Source: Diplonema japonicum (Eukaryota; Protista; Euglenozoa: Diplonemea). From it: a stretch of DNA of 64,000 nt. Below the pieces are notes generated by a model that saw only the letters and a list, made by a program, of their open reading frames with translations, searched no databases and had not been told where the DNA came from. The position numbers were made by a program, and so were the translations under genes. The stretch lies in contig OZ025725.1 of assembly GCA_964019335.1 (NCBI GenBank), forward strand, positions 124,001 to 188,000, written 5' to 3'. Shown here in pieces: positions 12,165 to 26,602 of the stretch; the stretch's first letter is position 1; each line of letters starts with the position of its first letter.

Positions 12165-12296
12165 GAGTTTTATTTATTTTATTATTCTGTACTGTATTTA
12201 TTTTTTTTTGTCTCTATTATCTGTTTTTTTGTTTGTTTTGTTTTCAGAAGAAGAAGAAAAAACGAGGAAAAAAAAAGGGGGGGCGGGGGGGGAGAG

Positions 12297-13759
12297 ATGG
12301 CCCTCTTCATCACGCTGCACATGGTGTCCGGTGTTGTTGTGGACATGCAACCGTTCTGCGACCCGTGTGTTGCACCGACCGAGTTGTACAGTGGTGACGA
12401 GGCGTACTTGAACCTGGAGCAACTAAGCTCGAAAATACCCCGATCGACACCGGACGGGGTGAACCCGTGGCCCTGCGGGATGGTGCCATCGTGGCCGGGT
12501 GTGGCGTGCAACCAAAGCGAGTACCCGAACCCGTGCTTTCAATACTGCACATCAGACAGAGCAGGGTGGTGGGACAGCCACCGCGACCGGCGTTCGCTTC
12601 CAACCAACTCATGGTTCACGGACATCTTCAGCTCATCACCTTTGCTGGCGAACCCACAAGTCTTCACATGGCCTGTGTTCGTGACCCCATACGCGGTTAT
12701 GGCTGCGGCCGATGGGATTTCAGTATCGCTGCCTCAGTACCTCATTGCGGCCAAAGGTGGTGTTCCGGGGTTGGCAGGCGACATTCCTTCAGACGTCGCT
12801 TCAGGGATCTCCCCGCAGATCGCAGCGGTCGGCGTGGACAGGATCGGGATATTCACAACAAACACCACGTCTTTCCCATACCGCAACCGTACCATCGCCT
12901 CGTTCGACCCCCATTCTCTTGGTGTTACGCTTGTCTACCACACCCAAAGCTCGACAAGTGCTGCCCCGCAGTCCCTCACCTTCCATCTCCTTCGTGGTTC
13001 GCCTTATGTTACCATCACCTACACAAATACGCCGCTTGTACTTGCTTTCCCAGATTTCGTTCTCAGATCTGTAAACGGGGTTGAGTGTTACACTGGGTGT
13101 GGGCCTTTGAACGGTGTCAAACTGCCATCTGGGGTTTTGAAGTACACATTGTCTATTTGGGGAAACAACGAGCCGTGGTACGAGTACGTTCTTTACGCTA
13201 GTAAGGAGTTGTATCCTTCTGTGAATGTTAAGGGGCAGAGGTTGACGGCGGCCTACGGGGGCGAGGTGGTGGTCAGGGTGGCGGTGACGCAGCTGACGAG
13301 GTTCCAGAACATCGACGGGAGCGCTGTGTTTTCAAAACGGTGGACGTCCCTCCCAGACGGGCTGATGAGCGTGGATCAAAGTGAACTGGACGCATCCTCT
13401 GCCGTATACCCCATTGTGACCGGTGAAAACAGCACCGTGCAGCACCTCTACGAAAACCACACTATGACGGTACGTATGTCATGGAACACCTCATGCATGG
13501 TCCCGGGGTGTGATCCTTCCGACCTGCTGATGCTCACCCTTCCTCATCACCGAGGCCTTGCTTCTGGTTGTCCAGCACAGGTACACAAAAAAAATGCAAA
13601 TAAAAAAAAACCCCCCCGAACAGGCAAGCGTAAACTCAATACAATACCCTGTTGTGAACGGGGTTGCGGTGGGATGCAAGGGCAGCACCTGGGCGGTGCC
13701 CTACAGAATCCCCAACGTCTTGTCTGGTGCAATGAGCGACGCGGTCGTGGTATGAGAAC

Positions 13760-13790
<31 letters not shown>

Positions 13791-15374
13791 CAGAACCACC
13801 TCGAAGGCAACCCGCCCGACAAAAAGGCCCGCTCTCCTTTCTACTCCAACAACAACATAAAGCCAGCATACCGAAGCACATTAACAACCTCGCTGAAGTC
13901 TGACATGGCGTATTGGATCAATGTGCACGACCCGAATGTTGTGCGGAGTCCTTCTTTCTTGTTCATGACGTCCGACTGCTACTCATTCGGCAAGCTCATC
14001 GGTGCGGTGGCACGGTTAGTCCTGATAGCCGACGAGCTGGAAGAATACACCATCGCAAGGGTGGGCAGGGATTTCCTAAGATGCAGGCTGAACCAATGGT
14101 TGGATTCAAAACAAGCTGCTTCAGAATTCTTTCCATACGCGGGGCAGGACTTTCCTGTGGCAGGGTCTCTACGCGGGGGTGTACCCATATACGACACAAC
14201 ATGGGGAGGCATCCCAACAGGAAATGGAATTAAAAACCCGGGACCGGATTGGGTACGAAACGGGACACAACCAGATTTTGGTTCAGGGGGTTACAATGAC
14301 CATCTGTTCCATTACGGGTACTATTTGTACACGGTAAGCGTTGTACTGAAGGGTGCAACGGTAGGTGGGGACGCAGTACCAGGACATGCAGGGTTGAGCT
14401 TTGACGATTCCACATGCCGACGAATGAACGCATCCGACTCAGAATGGTTCCAACCCCTCTCAAAACGAATCTTGGTGTGGGCGAGGGACATTGCAAATCC
14501 CAATGAAGCCGTCGATCCTTACTTCACACAGTCCCGCTACCACTCAGACGCGTACGTAGGCCACTCCTGGGCACGTGGACTCTTCCCGTCAGGACAGTCC
14601 TCTTCAAACATTGAATCGACGTCCGAAGCGATGCAAGCGTGGTACTCCCTCTTCCTGTTGGGCTACGCTATCGAAGCAGCGAAAATACCCAACATGGACA
14701 CAGAGGCCACGGCGCTTCAAAATACTGGCAGTGTTATTCTACTCACCGAGGCCGTTTCTGTGAAGTACTACTGGCATCTGTTCCCTGCAAACACGACAAA
14801 GATCCCGGATGACAGAACTAATATCACCCCGGAACCGTTCACCGATCTGGGTGTTGTTGGAAATGTGTGGAGCCTCGCGTTTAATTACCAGGTTTTCTTC
14901 TCATACGGGCGGTGTCAGTGGACAGGATGGGCCGGGCATAAGACACCTGGTGACGGGTGCCCGTACGATTTAACCCTCGAGCAGATTCATTGGTTCAACA
15001 GACTTTTTATTTTGCAAATTCAATTGTTGCCTTACTCGCCTATTACCGAGACATTAATAGAAGCTGGAGGATGGCTTCAGGCAGCAATGTTCACCCCTGA
15101 GCTGTCGTATACCAATTCTAAAGGGAACGTTTCGTATGGTTATGACCCCACTGCGATTTGGGACGACCTTCCTTCGTCTTACTCCAGGTGCAATGGGACG
15201 ACGCAGAATTTAGGTTCGAGATGCGCACAAGGTTGGATGGGCTATGCTTATCAGGCCTTTTCTTCTGTGACCGGGAATGCTCAGCAAGCGTGGGACAAGG
15301 CTTTAACTATGGATGGTGTGTCAGATGGCAGCACGATGACGAACTTGTTCTGGTGGATTGCTACCCGGGAGTGA
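12297..15374 (+). CDS. Secreted GH81 endo-1,3-beta-glucanase; introns about 13581-13623 and 13750-13793
   Basis: DFGSGGYNDHLFHYGYYLY, HSWARGL, NIESTSEA; hydrophobic N-terminus; the poly-Lys stretches in the ORF track are A-rich GT-AG introns. Confidence 0.9.
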
Positions 15375-16218
15375 GAGAGACGGGAAAAAAAAAAAAAAAA
15401 AAGAAAAAGAAAAAAAGTCCTGATTCCTATTTAAGTCTTCACTGCCTTTTTAAAAAAAAAAAAAAATTTGCTCAATGCCTGTTGTTATTATTATTATTCG
15501 CAAAGATGGGGAGAGGAGGTGGTCTATTTTCGATGGGGGGAAAAAAAAAAAAAGAAAGAAATTTGTGGTTGCATTCACTCTTTTTTCCCGTTGACTCTCT
15601 GTCGGTGAGGACGGAAAGAAGAAAAAAAAAAAAGGATATAAAAATGAAGAACAAAAAAAAAAAAAACAAGAAAGAAATGTAAGGGGGGAAAAAAATCTCT
15701 TCTATTTTCTTTGTTTCCTGCACACTGAAAGACCTTATCGAATTTTCTTTTTAGGGGTCAGTAGCGAGACTGAGAACCAGTGGTAGACTTCAGGCCGAGA
15801 TTCGCCAGAAAAGAGTGGTCCGACCCCTTCGTGTCTACAGAGCACACCAACCTACCGGAAGGCAGTCCACCCTTCCCGCAGCCAAAGTCATTCTTCTTTT
15901 TTTTCCTTTTCTTTTTTCTTTTTTCACTCCTTGCTTTCCCCTCCCTTCATCTCTTCTTCTTCTCTTTCCTCTTCCCCCCCTTCAACTCTTTCTTTCCCAT
16001 CACCTTTTTGGTGAATAGGGGAAAAAGGGCCGGGTACTTAAATTGCATTATTTCATGCAAACTGTGGTACACGGTACACTCTGTAGTAAGATTTTTTTTT
16101 TTTTTTTTTTTTTTTCTGATTTTTTTTTTTTTTACCCCTTCCAAAATCAAACACCAGCGGGGGTGGGGGTGGGCATCCGTCCCCCGAGTACACGGGAAAT
16201 AAACAAAACAAAAAAAAA

Positions 16219-16252
<34 letters not shown>

Positions 16253-16266
16253 TAAAAAAAAAGAAA

Positions 16267-19200
16267 ATGAGCTCCGTTGGCCGCAAGCAAAGCTATGGTG
16301 CTCTCGGGGAAGAACTGGGTGACAGAGCGCTGCCTTACGGCAGCACGAATTCAAACCAAAACCTGCAAGAGTCGGGCGCACCCTTTGGGTCGGACCCGAA
16401 CTTAATGGCGTTGGACGGCTCGGGCAGCGGGGCGTACGGCAGCGGCAGGATGGGACCTTTGAGCTCCCGGAGAACATCAAGGACAGGGGGGTACACCCCG
16501 AGAAGACAGTCTTTGACGTCTGCGAGACGAAGCAGCATAGCTGCCTCGCACGCAATACCGATTTTAAAAAACCTGGAACATCTATCAGCACCACCAGGAC
16601 TACCCCCTGCACCTCCCGAGGGGTTGGAGTACGCGCAAGGTATTCACACACCTGTCCCTATATCAGCAAGGCAGGACGAACGGGCACAGCGAGACCGTGC
16701 AGCCCGTGTGCAGATGACTGCTCAACAGCAAACTCCACAATTCACAGAAGGCGCTGCGGAGCTCTTCAAACCCCATGGGAAGCGTATTGATGAGCTTCCT
16801 GCTTGGAAGAATCTCAAAATGAAAGCCATGCTCACCTCCGCACGGCAGGTTGTCCGTGATGGCTATGACCTGTCATACGAACGCACTATGCGGTGGACAG
16901 AGGTCATACACGAGCCCTTCAGCAACGAACTGGACGCCAAGGTCCGTGCGCTGTTGAAGCTTGGCTACCCGCCCTCCGTGCTAACGGGCATACGCGACGA
17001 AATGCAGATCCTGGACGAGGCCATCGCCAACGAGGACGAGCACAAGGGCGACAAGTATAGCGCAGCCGTTACAAAATTCCAGCAGCTCCTTGGCTTGAAA
17101 GGCGAGACGACAGAACGTATGGTTATCCTTTTACAAAAAAAAAAAAAAAAAAAAAAAAATGTCAAAACAACAGTATTGATGACAACACGTGCGCTGGACG
17201 CTCAAAGGGTGATGGAGAACACCGCTGCCGTGCAGACGTTCCCTGACCAAGACGAAGAGGGGGGCATGATGATGATGACGGTAAATATAATTTAAAAAAA
17301 AAAAAAAATTTTTTTATAGGGTTCGTTAGGGAAACCCGTCGTGACGTTCCCCGAACTGCTGGACAATATTCTGATCTTCACGCCTGTGACGCCTGTGGAG
17401 GACAAACTGGATCTGCTGGTGGAGATGTTCGACAGTGGTGAGAGGGACTCCGAGTACATGTCCATGGACGACGTGTTCAGAATGCTAACATGGATAAGGA
17501 AAGAAGCGGATTATTCTGTAAACTCGCGGCAAGACGTGGTAGACATCATGTACCAAAGGCTTATCAGGGACTACCAACGTGCCCTGCGGGAGGATAACTG
17601 GACGCACGACTGCGACGAAGACACACACCCTGACGAAATCCTCCTCGCTCAAATGAAAGAGCAAGGCCTCCACCGATTCATCCTCGAACAGGTCCTCCTC
17701 TCCTCCGAACGGGGCGGCATGGTGCACTTCAAACCAGGCACAGAGGTCATCGTGCAAAACGTAAAATCAAAAGACCTCAACGGAAGGACCGGTAAGGTCG
17801 TCAGAAAAGACCCCAGGCAAAAGTACGAATCTAACAAAAAAAAAAAAAAGAAAAAAAAAAAAAGAAAAAAAAAAACAGGGGGTATATCATCGTGAACTTC
17901 CCGCAACCCATTGGCGAGAAACATCTTAAGCAGACGAACCTACGCAGCGCTCCGGTATTGAGAAAAAAAAAAAAAAAAAAAAAAAAAAAACCAGGGAGCG
18001 GAGAAGGTTGGCGACGTCTCTGTGGACGCATGGGGGATGTACGCAAACCTGTCGCTAAATATCCGCCCGAGGATGGAATCGAACCCATCATCAGTGCCGC
18101 TAGAGGGGTGGATCATGGTATGGAGGGTGGCCACAAACCACCCACAACACAATACAACACGACAGGTCACAAGCTGGATCCAACGAAACGCGAGAGCACT
18201 TCTGTTCCTCCTGTCAATTCTCCTAATCTTCGGGCTGACGTTCTACTTCAGATACTTCAAGAAAAAGGATGTGAGGGACGTGTTCGGGGCGGGCGCTGCG
18301 ATCGCAGGGTCGTGCGGGTGGGTCTTGAAATGGATCCTCACCGTAGTAATGATCTCAGGCTGCGCTGCTGTGATGAGGTTCCTCCCAGCAAGGATACGAA
18401 TCCGTACCGCAGACCTGCCATGGGTCCACCTGTCTCTGACTGCACTCTTTGTCCTCTTCGTGATCGCGCACGTCTCTGCAGCAGCGGACTTCATGCAAAC
18501 CATCACCGACAACGACGCTGACACCGTTAACAACATCCTTGGGACGGTATGTTTGGGGTGAGATAAAAGTACACACACACAGTCGTTCACAACCGGTAAA
18601 AGCATCAGCAGCATGGACGTGATCTCTACCATCCCTGGCATCACGGGTGTCGCGATGGTTGGGCTCCTCTTCCTTCTTGGCCTCGGGTCCTGTTTCGCAA
18701 GGGATTCCTGGCTCTTCTACCTCGCGCACAAGCTGTACATCCCGCTTGTTGTTCTCTTCGTGATGCACCCTATGGAAGGCTGGCTCGAATGGAAATTCGG
18801 AGCCCTCGTGTGGATGAGCGTCCCGACTGTCATCGTCATTGCAGAGTTCGTGTTGAACCTTCGAAACAGGACGACCTTCACTGCTGAAGGTACATTTTTT
18901 TCTTTTTTTTATTTTATTGAAAAAAAAACTTTTTTTTTGCAGAAGTCGTTCCGATCAGGAGCTTCAGAGGGAACACCGCAGGTGTTGAATTCCGCGTGAA
19001 GCGTCCGGAAGGCGGGATGGTGCAACAACAAGCCGGGGAGTACGTGCAGGTCATGGTGGACGCGGTCGACAGACAATGGCAGTCGGCAGCCGTCGTCACC
19101 GCACCTGAAATCGAGGACGAACTGGTAAGGCTGCAAGTGATGGCGAAAACCGGAACAGAATGGCTGAAACGCGCGGAAGACCTCGTAATCATGGACAGAG

Positions 19201-19949
19201 CTGATGTTAAAGGCCTGAAAATCAGAGGCCCTATGGGAATGGCTGCCGCTGACGTCATAAAACCGCTGTCCGAAGGAGGCGACGGGAAGATACTACTCGT
19301 GGCAAGCGGTGAGGGTTTACTGCACATCACCGCCATCATGATGGACCTGTGCCAGAGTTTAAGCAGACCGGACGACCACGTCCGCAGGAGAGTCTCAAGG
19401 CTGCATCCCGTCGTCGAAGAATTCGTGAAGAGCAAGGATAAAAAACTCGAGCTCCACATTGTTGCTGTCACAAAAGCACTCGAAGGACACCGGAGATTCC
19501 TAGAAGCGGTGCTGTTCTGTCTGGACCTGCACAATACAATGAGTGGGGTGGAGATTATGGAGTACGACTGTTCTAAAACATCGAAAATCACGCTTAACAT
19601 CCACGTCACGGGGTGGGCCGCGCAAGGTTCCGGCGTAGACTGTTGGAAAAGAATGAAAAAACTGGGGTCGAGCAAGCGGCACGAAGGGAAGAAAGACGAG
19701 AACAACGACGCACTCCTCACGCAAAATATCAAATACGGCCCGCCTGACTGGGATGGCATTCTGAACATGGCGCGTTACCGCTGGGTTGACTGTAAGGTCG
19801 ATGTACTGCACTATGGTGAAAACTCGCACGCTGACATCCTAGCCTCGGCGTGCTGCGAGCATTCTTACGACCCGTCTCGACCGCATCTCCGGTCAAGCGA
19901 CAAAACACAATTCTTCTTCCACCGTGGGGAAACAGTGTCTGTGCACTAA
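16267..19949 (+). CDS. Divergent NADPH oxidase/ferric reductase-like multi-exon protein
   Basis: Paired TM His in VHLSL...IAHV and AHKLY...VMHP; GEYV, IRGPMG, LLVASGEG, YGPPDW, FFFHRGE; EF-hand-like DKLDLLVEMFDSG; several short introns. Confidence 0.7.
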
Positions 19950-20903
19950 GAAGAAGAAGAAAAAAAAAAATTTTTTTTTGAAATGTATTATACATATGGG
20001 TTGAAGTGTGTGTGTTTTTCTTTTTTTTTTATTTTTTTTTTATTCAGCCCGATGGAACAAAATAAAAAAAAAAAAGAAAAGAGAAAAAGAAAAAAAGAAA
20101 AGAAAAAAAAAAACTCGGGGAGAAGTTTCCCTAAAAAATAAAGGAACAGCAAAAGAAAAAAAAATAAGGAATTTTTTTGGGGGGGTATTTTTTTTTTTTT
20201 ATGTTTATTGTTCTCTCTTTTCGCGGATCACAAAAGCGACCCTCGCCACCCTCCCTCTCGCAAAGCTTCCCCCCTTTTTTTATTCCTATATTTCTTTTTT
20301 TTTTCTTCTTCTTTTCTTTTTTTTTTTTTTTAATTTCCACGGTGCGAGGTACAAATGCAAAACTGCAAAATGAACGAAAAAAAAAAACGAGAATTTAATT
20401 TGAGGAACCAAAAAAAAGGGGGGAGAGGGAGAAATAAAGAATAAAAAAAAAAACTGAGCAAAAAAAAAAAAGTTTTTTTTTCTCTTCGAATTAGCTATAA
20501 ATATAGAAATGTGCCCCAAGACCGAAAGGGAGAAAAAAAAAAAAAAAAAAGGCGCACTTAAACTACATACCTCTACCATTACTTTTCTGTCTTTCTCCCC
20601 CCCCAACTCCCACCCTTGAATGAGGGCCTCTGTCTCTCGTCACCCTTTCCCATTCAAATACAGGATAAGAAAAAAAAAAACAAAAACAAACAAAAAAAAA
20701 GAAGAAGAAACAAAAAAAAAATGTATCAATCTTTCTTTTTTTATTTTTTTTTTCCTTTCCCCCCCAATTTTTTTTATTTTTCTCCTTGTACTTTCAACCC
20801 ACCAATTCTTTTTTTTATCTCCCCTGTCCACCCAACAAAAAAAAAAAAAATCTCACAGAAAAAAAGAAAAAAAAAAAGAAAGAAAAGGCCTTGGATAAAG
20901 GCA

Positions 20904-23900
20904 ATGCAATTAAGGCATGTAAAAACACTGCAACCGGCACAACCACATGTCGCACGTGTGACAGCAGCATGCTGGTCACCGAACAACAAAAGACTTGCAG
21001 TTGCAGACCACTACAGGTTCGTCCACCTCTTTGATGAAAACGGCGAAAAACGGGACAAGTTCAGCACCCGCCCGATGGACAATCGTTCTAAGACATATAT
21101 GGTGCGTGGGATGGTGTTCAGTCCTGACTCAGCAAAGCTTGCTATCGCCCAGTCCGATAACATGGTGTTCGTGTACAAGCTCGGTTTGGAATGGGGCGAG
21201 AAAAAATCAATCTGCAACAAATTCGCGCAAAACGTTCCGGTAACATGTGTGTGCTGGCCACACATCAGAGGCAACGAGCTTCTCGTCTTCGGCGTTGCAG
21301 ACGGTAAAGTCCGCATCGGGACCCTCGCGACAAACAAATGCCGGAACCTCTACTGCACTGATTCCTACGTTGTGTCAATCGCTGCTTCACAGGATGGAAT
21401 GGGGCTCATCAGCGGTCATCTTGACGGAAGTATACACAGATACTATTTTGAAGAGGCCGGTGCGCTTGCTGGAACCGCTAAGCTCTGCGTCAACCCATGC
21501 GTTCCACAGGGTATCTCTTGGGGTGAATCCATCTCCGCTGTTGGAAACGACTGCAAAGTCTACTTCTACGACCCCCGCACCGGCGCTGCGCAACAGCACT
21601 TCGACTACGATATTTCGGACGATCGTGAATTCTCTTGCTGCACCTTCAACCCCTCTGGCCACTCTCTCGTCGTCGGTGCTTACGATAAGTTCCGCGTCTT
21701 CAACTTCAACATGAAACAAGGTAAATGGGAGGAAGGCCAGCACAAAACCTTCGACAACCTCTACTCCGTTACAGCAATTTCCTGGAAGCACGACGGTGCG
21801 AAGCTCGCTGTTGCATCCCTCTGTGGTGCCATTGACATGTACGACGCTTGCATAAGGAGGTACCTCTACAAGGGGAAGTTCGAGTTCACTTACGTTTCAC
21901 ACTCGCAAGTCATCGTCAAAAGACTGTCCACGGGCACTAGAATCGTCCTTAAATCGCAGTTTGGTTACGAGATTGTAAAAGTCCATGTGTATCAGGATCT
22001 GTACCTTGTGTCGCACTCGCCGACGACACTGCTTGTTGGCGATTTGGGTAGTTGCAAGCTTTCGGAAGTGCCCTGGAACGGGTCCGGGCAGGAGAACTTT
22101 GTGTTTGACAACCCACAGGTGTGCATGGTGTTCAACGCAGGCGAGCTAAGCTTGATCGAGTACGGCAGGAACGAAATTTTGGGAAGCTGTAGAACGGAGT
22201 ACATGCTGCCACACTTGCTCAGCGTGAGAGTGAATGACGCCCCCGACCTGGACGAGGACAAGAGGCAGAAGATCATCGCGTACCTTGTCGACAGGCAGTC
22301 CATATGTATCTTGGATCTCGTGTCTGGCATCCGTGTTGCGACTATTCAGCACAGTTCAAAGATCGACTGGTTGGAGCTCAACAAACGTGCCACGAAGCTT
22401 CTGTTCAAAGACAAGACGCGCCAGCTATTCCTCTACGACATCAACACACAAACTAAAGCAACGCTGCTCAACTATTGCACGTACGTGTCATGGGTCCCTG
22501 ACTCCGACGTTGTCGTTGCGCAGAACAGAGGCGACCTGTGCGTGTGGTACTCCATCGACTCCCCCGACAGAGTAGCCATCGTTCCCATCAAAGGCGATGT
22601 GGAAGACATCGAGAGAACGGACGGCAAGACGGAGGTGATCGTGGACGAGGGTATCAACACAGTGGCATACGGACTCGACGAGTCTCTCATTGAGTTCGGG
22701 GGTGCCATGGAGGACAAGGACTTCGAGAAGGCGTGCGACCTCTTAGAACAGATCACCATCACCCCGGAGACGGAGGCCATGTGGCAGAACCTCTCCCAGC
22801 TTGCCTTGCAGGATAAAAAACTGCACATTGCCGAACGTTGCTTCGCGGCACTTGGTGACGTTTCCAAAGCACGGGCTCTAAACAAGATCGGCGAGCTAGC
22901 CCAGCAGGCAATGGGCGAGGACAAGGTCCTCAACCACGAAGGCTACGACCACTACACAGTGCGCGCTTCTCTTGAGGTTCTCAACAAGAATTTCAAGGCT
23001 GCCGAATCTATTTATCTAGAGCGCAACAAGGTGGGCGAAGCAGTGGCCATGTGGGAAGAGCTGTTCAGGTTCGATGAGAGCATAGCAGTGGCGGAGGCCA
23101 AGGGACACAAAGACGCCGAGAAGATGCGGAAGACATACTACGAATGGCTGATGGAGACCAAGCAGCAGGACAAGGCCGCGGAGCTGAGAGAACGAGAAGG
23201 AAAATACACCGAAGCCATCAACCTCTACCTTGCGGGTGGCCTCCCTGCACGCGCTGCCAACATCGTGAACGCCTACCAAGTAACCATTCCACAACAGCAA
23301 CAAGAAGCGATCGCCACTGCACTGTTCAAGGCACAGATGTTTGAAAAGGCAGGTGACTTCTTTGAAAAGCTGGGCCTGAACGAGAGGGCAGTTGAGGCGT
23401 ACAGAAGAGGACATGCCTACAGGCGTGCGGTGGACCTGTCACGCAGGGAGTTCCCTGGTTACGTCATCAGCTTGGAAGAGGAATGGGGCGACTGGCTTGT
23501 TAAACAGAAACAGGTATATCTTATCTTACATGCAAACAAAGAAACTTCAACAGGTGGACGCTGCCATCAACCATTACATCGAGGCTCGCCAAGAAATGAA
23601 AGCCATCAACTCGGCAATAAACTCCCGCCAATGGGCCAAGGCGGTGCAAGTATGCAAGGGAGAACCAACGGGCATCACATTAAACACAGATATTGGACAT
23701 GCAAGACCAGCACGACCCGACAGTGCTGAGGTACTACAAGAACATTGCAACGCACTACGAGGAAGGCCACCAGTTCTCCGAAGCGGAGAAGTACTACCTC
23801 AAGGCGCAGCTGCCGAAGGACGCTGTTGCAATGTACACAAGGAACAACATGTGGGAAGCGGCACACAAGGTTGCAAAGGTACACATGTCCGACCAGCAAA

Positions 23901-25927
23901 TCTCCGACCTCTACGTGAACCAAGCAAGGCAGCTAGAGCTGCAGGGGAAGTTCAAGGACGCAGAGCTCCTCTACAGAAAGATCAAGGAACCCGATCTTGC
24001 CATTCACATGTACAAAAAGGTGTGTTCTTTTACACTACACAATTACCCACCACTACCAGGCGAAGAAGTACGACGACATGATCAGGTTGGTGGCTCAGTT
24101 CAGAGTCGGCCTTCTCCCGAAAACGTACCTCACTCTCGCACAGCACCTCGAAAAAGAGGGCAACTACAAACAAGCAGAGAACTATTTCATCCAAGCCAAG
24201 GTGGAGAACACTGGCGAGGTATACATGATCTTTAATAAAAATCACACAATAAACAGGAGAGCCCGCAAGAGGGGTGGAAGGCGGCTGTGAACATGTACCG
24301 ATCGGCCAAGCTGTGGGAGGACGCCATCCGAGTTGCAAAGATGCATGGCGGCAGCGGTGCTTCTCGCAACGTGGTGATCGCATGGGCACTGGACCTGGGA
24401 GGGGACCAGGGGTGCAAGCTGCTGACACGCTTCGGGATGGTGGAACAGGCCATCGAGTACTGCAACAACAGGTTCCTCTTCGACACGGCCTTCGAGCTGG
24501 CCCAGAAAGGAATGCCAAACATGGTACCGCAGGTGCACCTCAAGCACGCCCTGTACCTAGAAGACGAGGGGCACTTCAAAGAGGCTGAAGACGAGTTCAT
24601 CAAAGCAGGACGTCCCAAGGAAGCCATTGAAATGTACATCCACACACATATGTGGCCTGATGCCATGCGGGTGGCGGGCGCCTTCGATCAGTCGGCGATC
24701 CGTGATGTGCTGATCGCAGAAGCGAAGTATGCCACATGTCGATTACTCATTATTTTTCAGGTTCGCATTCGAACGAGGCGACTACGTGCATGCTCAGAGG
24801 TTCTTCCTTGAGGCGAATGAACCGGAGATGTTGGTGATGCTGTTCAAGGACGCTGGGATGTTCCAAGAGGCAAGGAGGCTGGCTCAGGACCACTGCCAGC
24901 ACCTGGTGCAGCAAATCGACATGGACGAGGGTAAGAAGGCGGCTGACAAGTCGCCCGTTCAAGCTGCGAAGTACTTCGACAACGCTGGCGACTACGGCCG
25001 CGCTGTAGAGGAGTACTTCAAAATCACAGTGAACCACGCACCGATTGAAAAATGCGTTGAGATGTGGACAAGGTGCTTCAACCTGTGCATGAACCAGCAG
25101 AGAGACAACCTACCATTGGCTCGTAAGGTGATCATCGAGAAGCTCAAGGCAGCCGACAAATTCGAACAGGTACCCCTCCTCTTTTATACCCAAAACACGT
25201 CACATACCACATACCACACAGGCTGCCTCGCTTCTCGAACAAATTGAAGATTACCGTGCGGCCGTGAAGGTGTATGTCGAAGGGAAGATATGGAACAAGG
25301 CTCTGTCGTTGGCTTCCAATGTGTCTCAAGAGTTGGAAGACTACGTGCAAGAGGAGAGGCTGAGCAGCATGAAACAAGAAGGCGAGGGTGAAGAAATCGA
25401 ACGGGTGTACCCTTCTGCCGGGTTGGACTTTTACATCGAAAGCGGAAACTGGGAAAAGGTACATATTTTTTTAAAAAATTCTTTTCTTACTTCAACCACC
25501 AGGCAATGGGGCTGGCGAGGAAGCAAGACGACGAGACGCGAACAGAAGTCGCTGCAAAGTGGGTGGAGTCTCTTGTGGGAGACGAGCGTTTCGAAGAATG
25601 CCTTGAAGTGGTTGCGAAGGACGGGATGTCAATGGACTTCAGGTTCTACGCAACATACACCGCAATGGCGAAGGGGCTAATGCCGCACCTCAAGCCCGAT
25701 GGAACGCAGGAATTAATGTCCCTCCGCTCAGGGCTTTACCAACTGGTATGCACTTAAAAAAAAAAAAAAAAAAAAAAAAAAACTTCCGTACAGTTGGAGC
25801 AGATGAAGAAGACAGGCCAACAGCAAGAAGACCTCGCTGCAGTGACCAAGTACCTGAAGGTTGTGCACCGCTACGCCATGGCGCCCATCATGAAGCAAGA
25901 CGGATTCCAAGAGTACGCAGCGAAGGT

Positions 25928-25965
<38 letters not shown>

Positions 25966-26602
25966 TTTTTTTTTTTTAAAAAAAACCAAAACAGCTTATG
26001 GTCACAGTGGCGAGGTTTGCAGGAACGGTTCCGGCGGACAAAGCCTTTTTCGACGCTGGCAACGCTGCGAAGGAGATGGGGTGGACGAACACAGCTTTCG
26101 TGTTGCTGAACAGGTTCCTCGACATCAGTGAGCTGCAAGAAGAACAGGAGCTCACATTGGAGCAGTTGGAAAATGCTGACTTTGTGGAGTCAGATATCCC
26201 GTTTGACTTCGAAATTCCACGGGAACCCTTCGTGGATGCAGACCCTGCAGAGAAGACACGGCAGTGGGTTCTTTCTATGTCCGTGGACAGAAAGCTTGAG
26301 CAAGTTCTCAAGGCGGAAAAATGCCAAAAATGTGGATCGAACAATTGGGAAGGCTCCTTAAAGTGTCACAACTGCTGGGACGAGGTTGACGAGTGTGTTG
26401 TCACCGGATTCCCTGCACAGAAGAAAATCGCCTGCAAAAACTGTAATATGCCTGCTATTAAGGTACGAATGGGGGGGGGGGGGAGAAAAAACAAAAAAAA
26501 CAAAAAATAAAATAAAAGGATGACTGGAACCGATATATCACGAAGAAGAGACTCTGCCCGTGGTGCAACAGCCAGCAGTCTACAATTTTTAATGAAGGTT
26601 GA
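20904..26602 (+). CDS. IFT172: Intraflagellar transport protein 172 (WD40 + TPR), about 10 short introns in the 3' half
   Basis: MQLRHVKTL, WSPNNKRLAV, GEKRDKFST, AIAQSDNMVFVYKLGLEWGEKKSICNKF; TPR exons join via 34-70 nt GT-AG introns; C-terminal DWN...CPWC. Confidence 0.95.

Noticed and set aside
20008-20900. Poly-Lys/poly-Phe ORFs and N-terminal extensions in the ORF track
   Set aside because: Translations of A/T homopolymer spacers and introns
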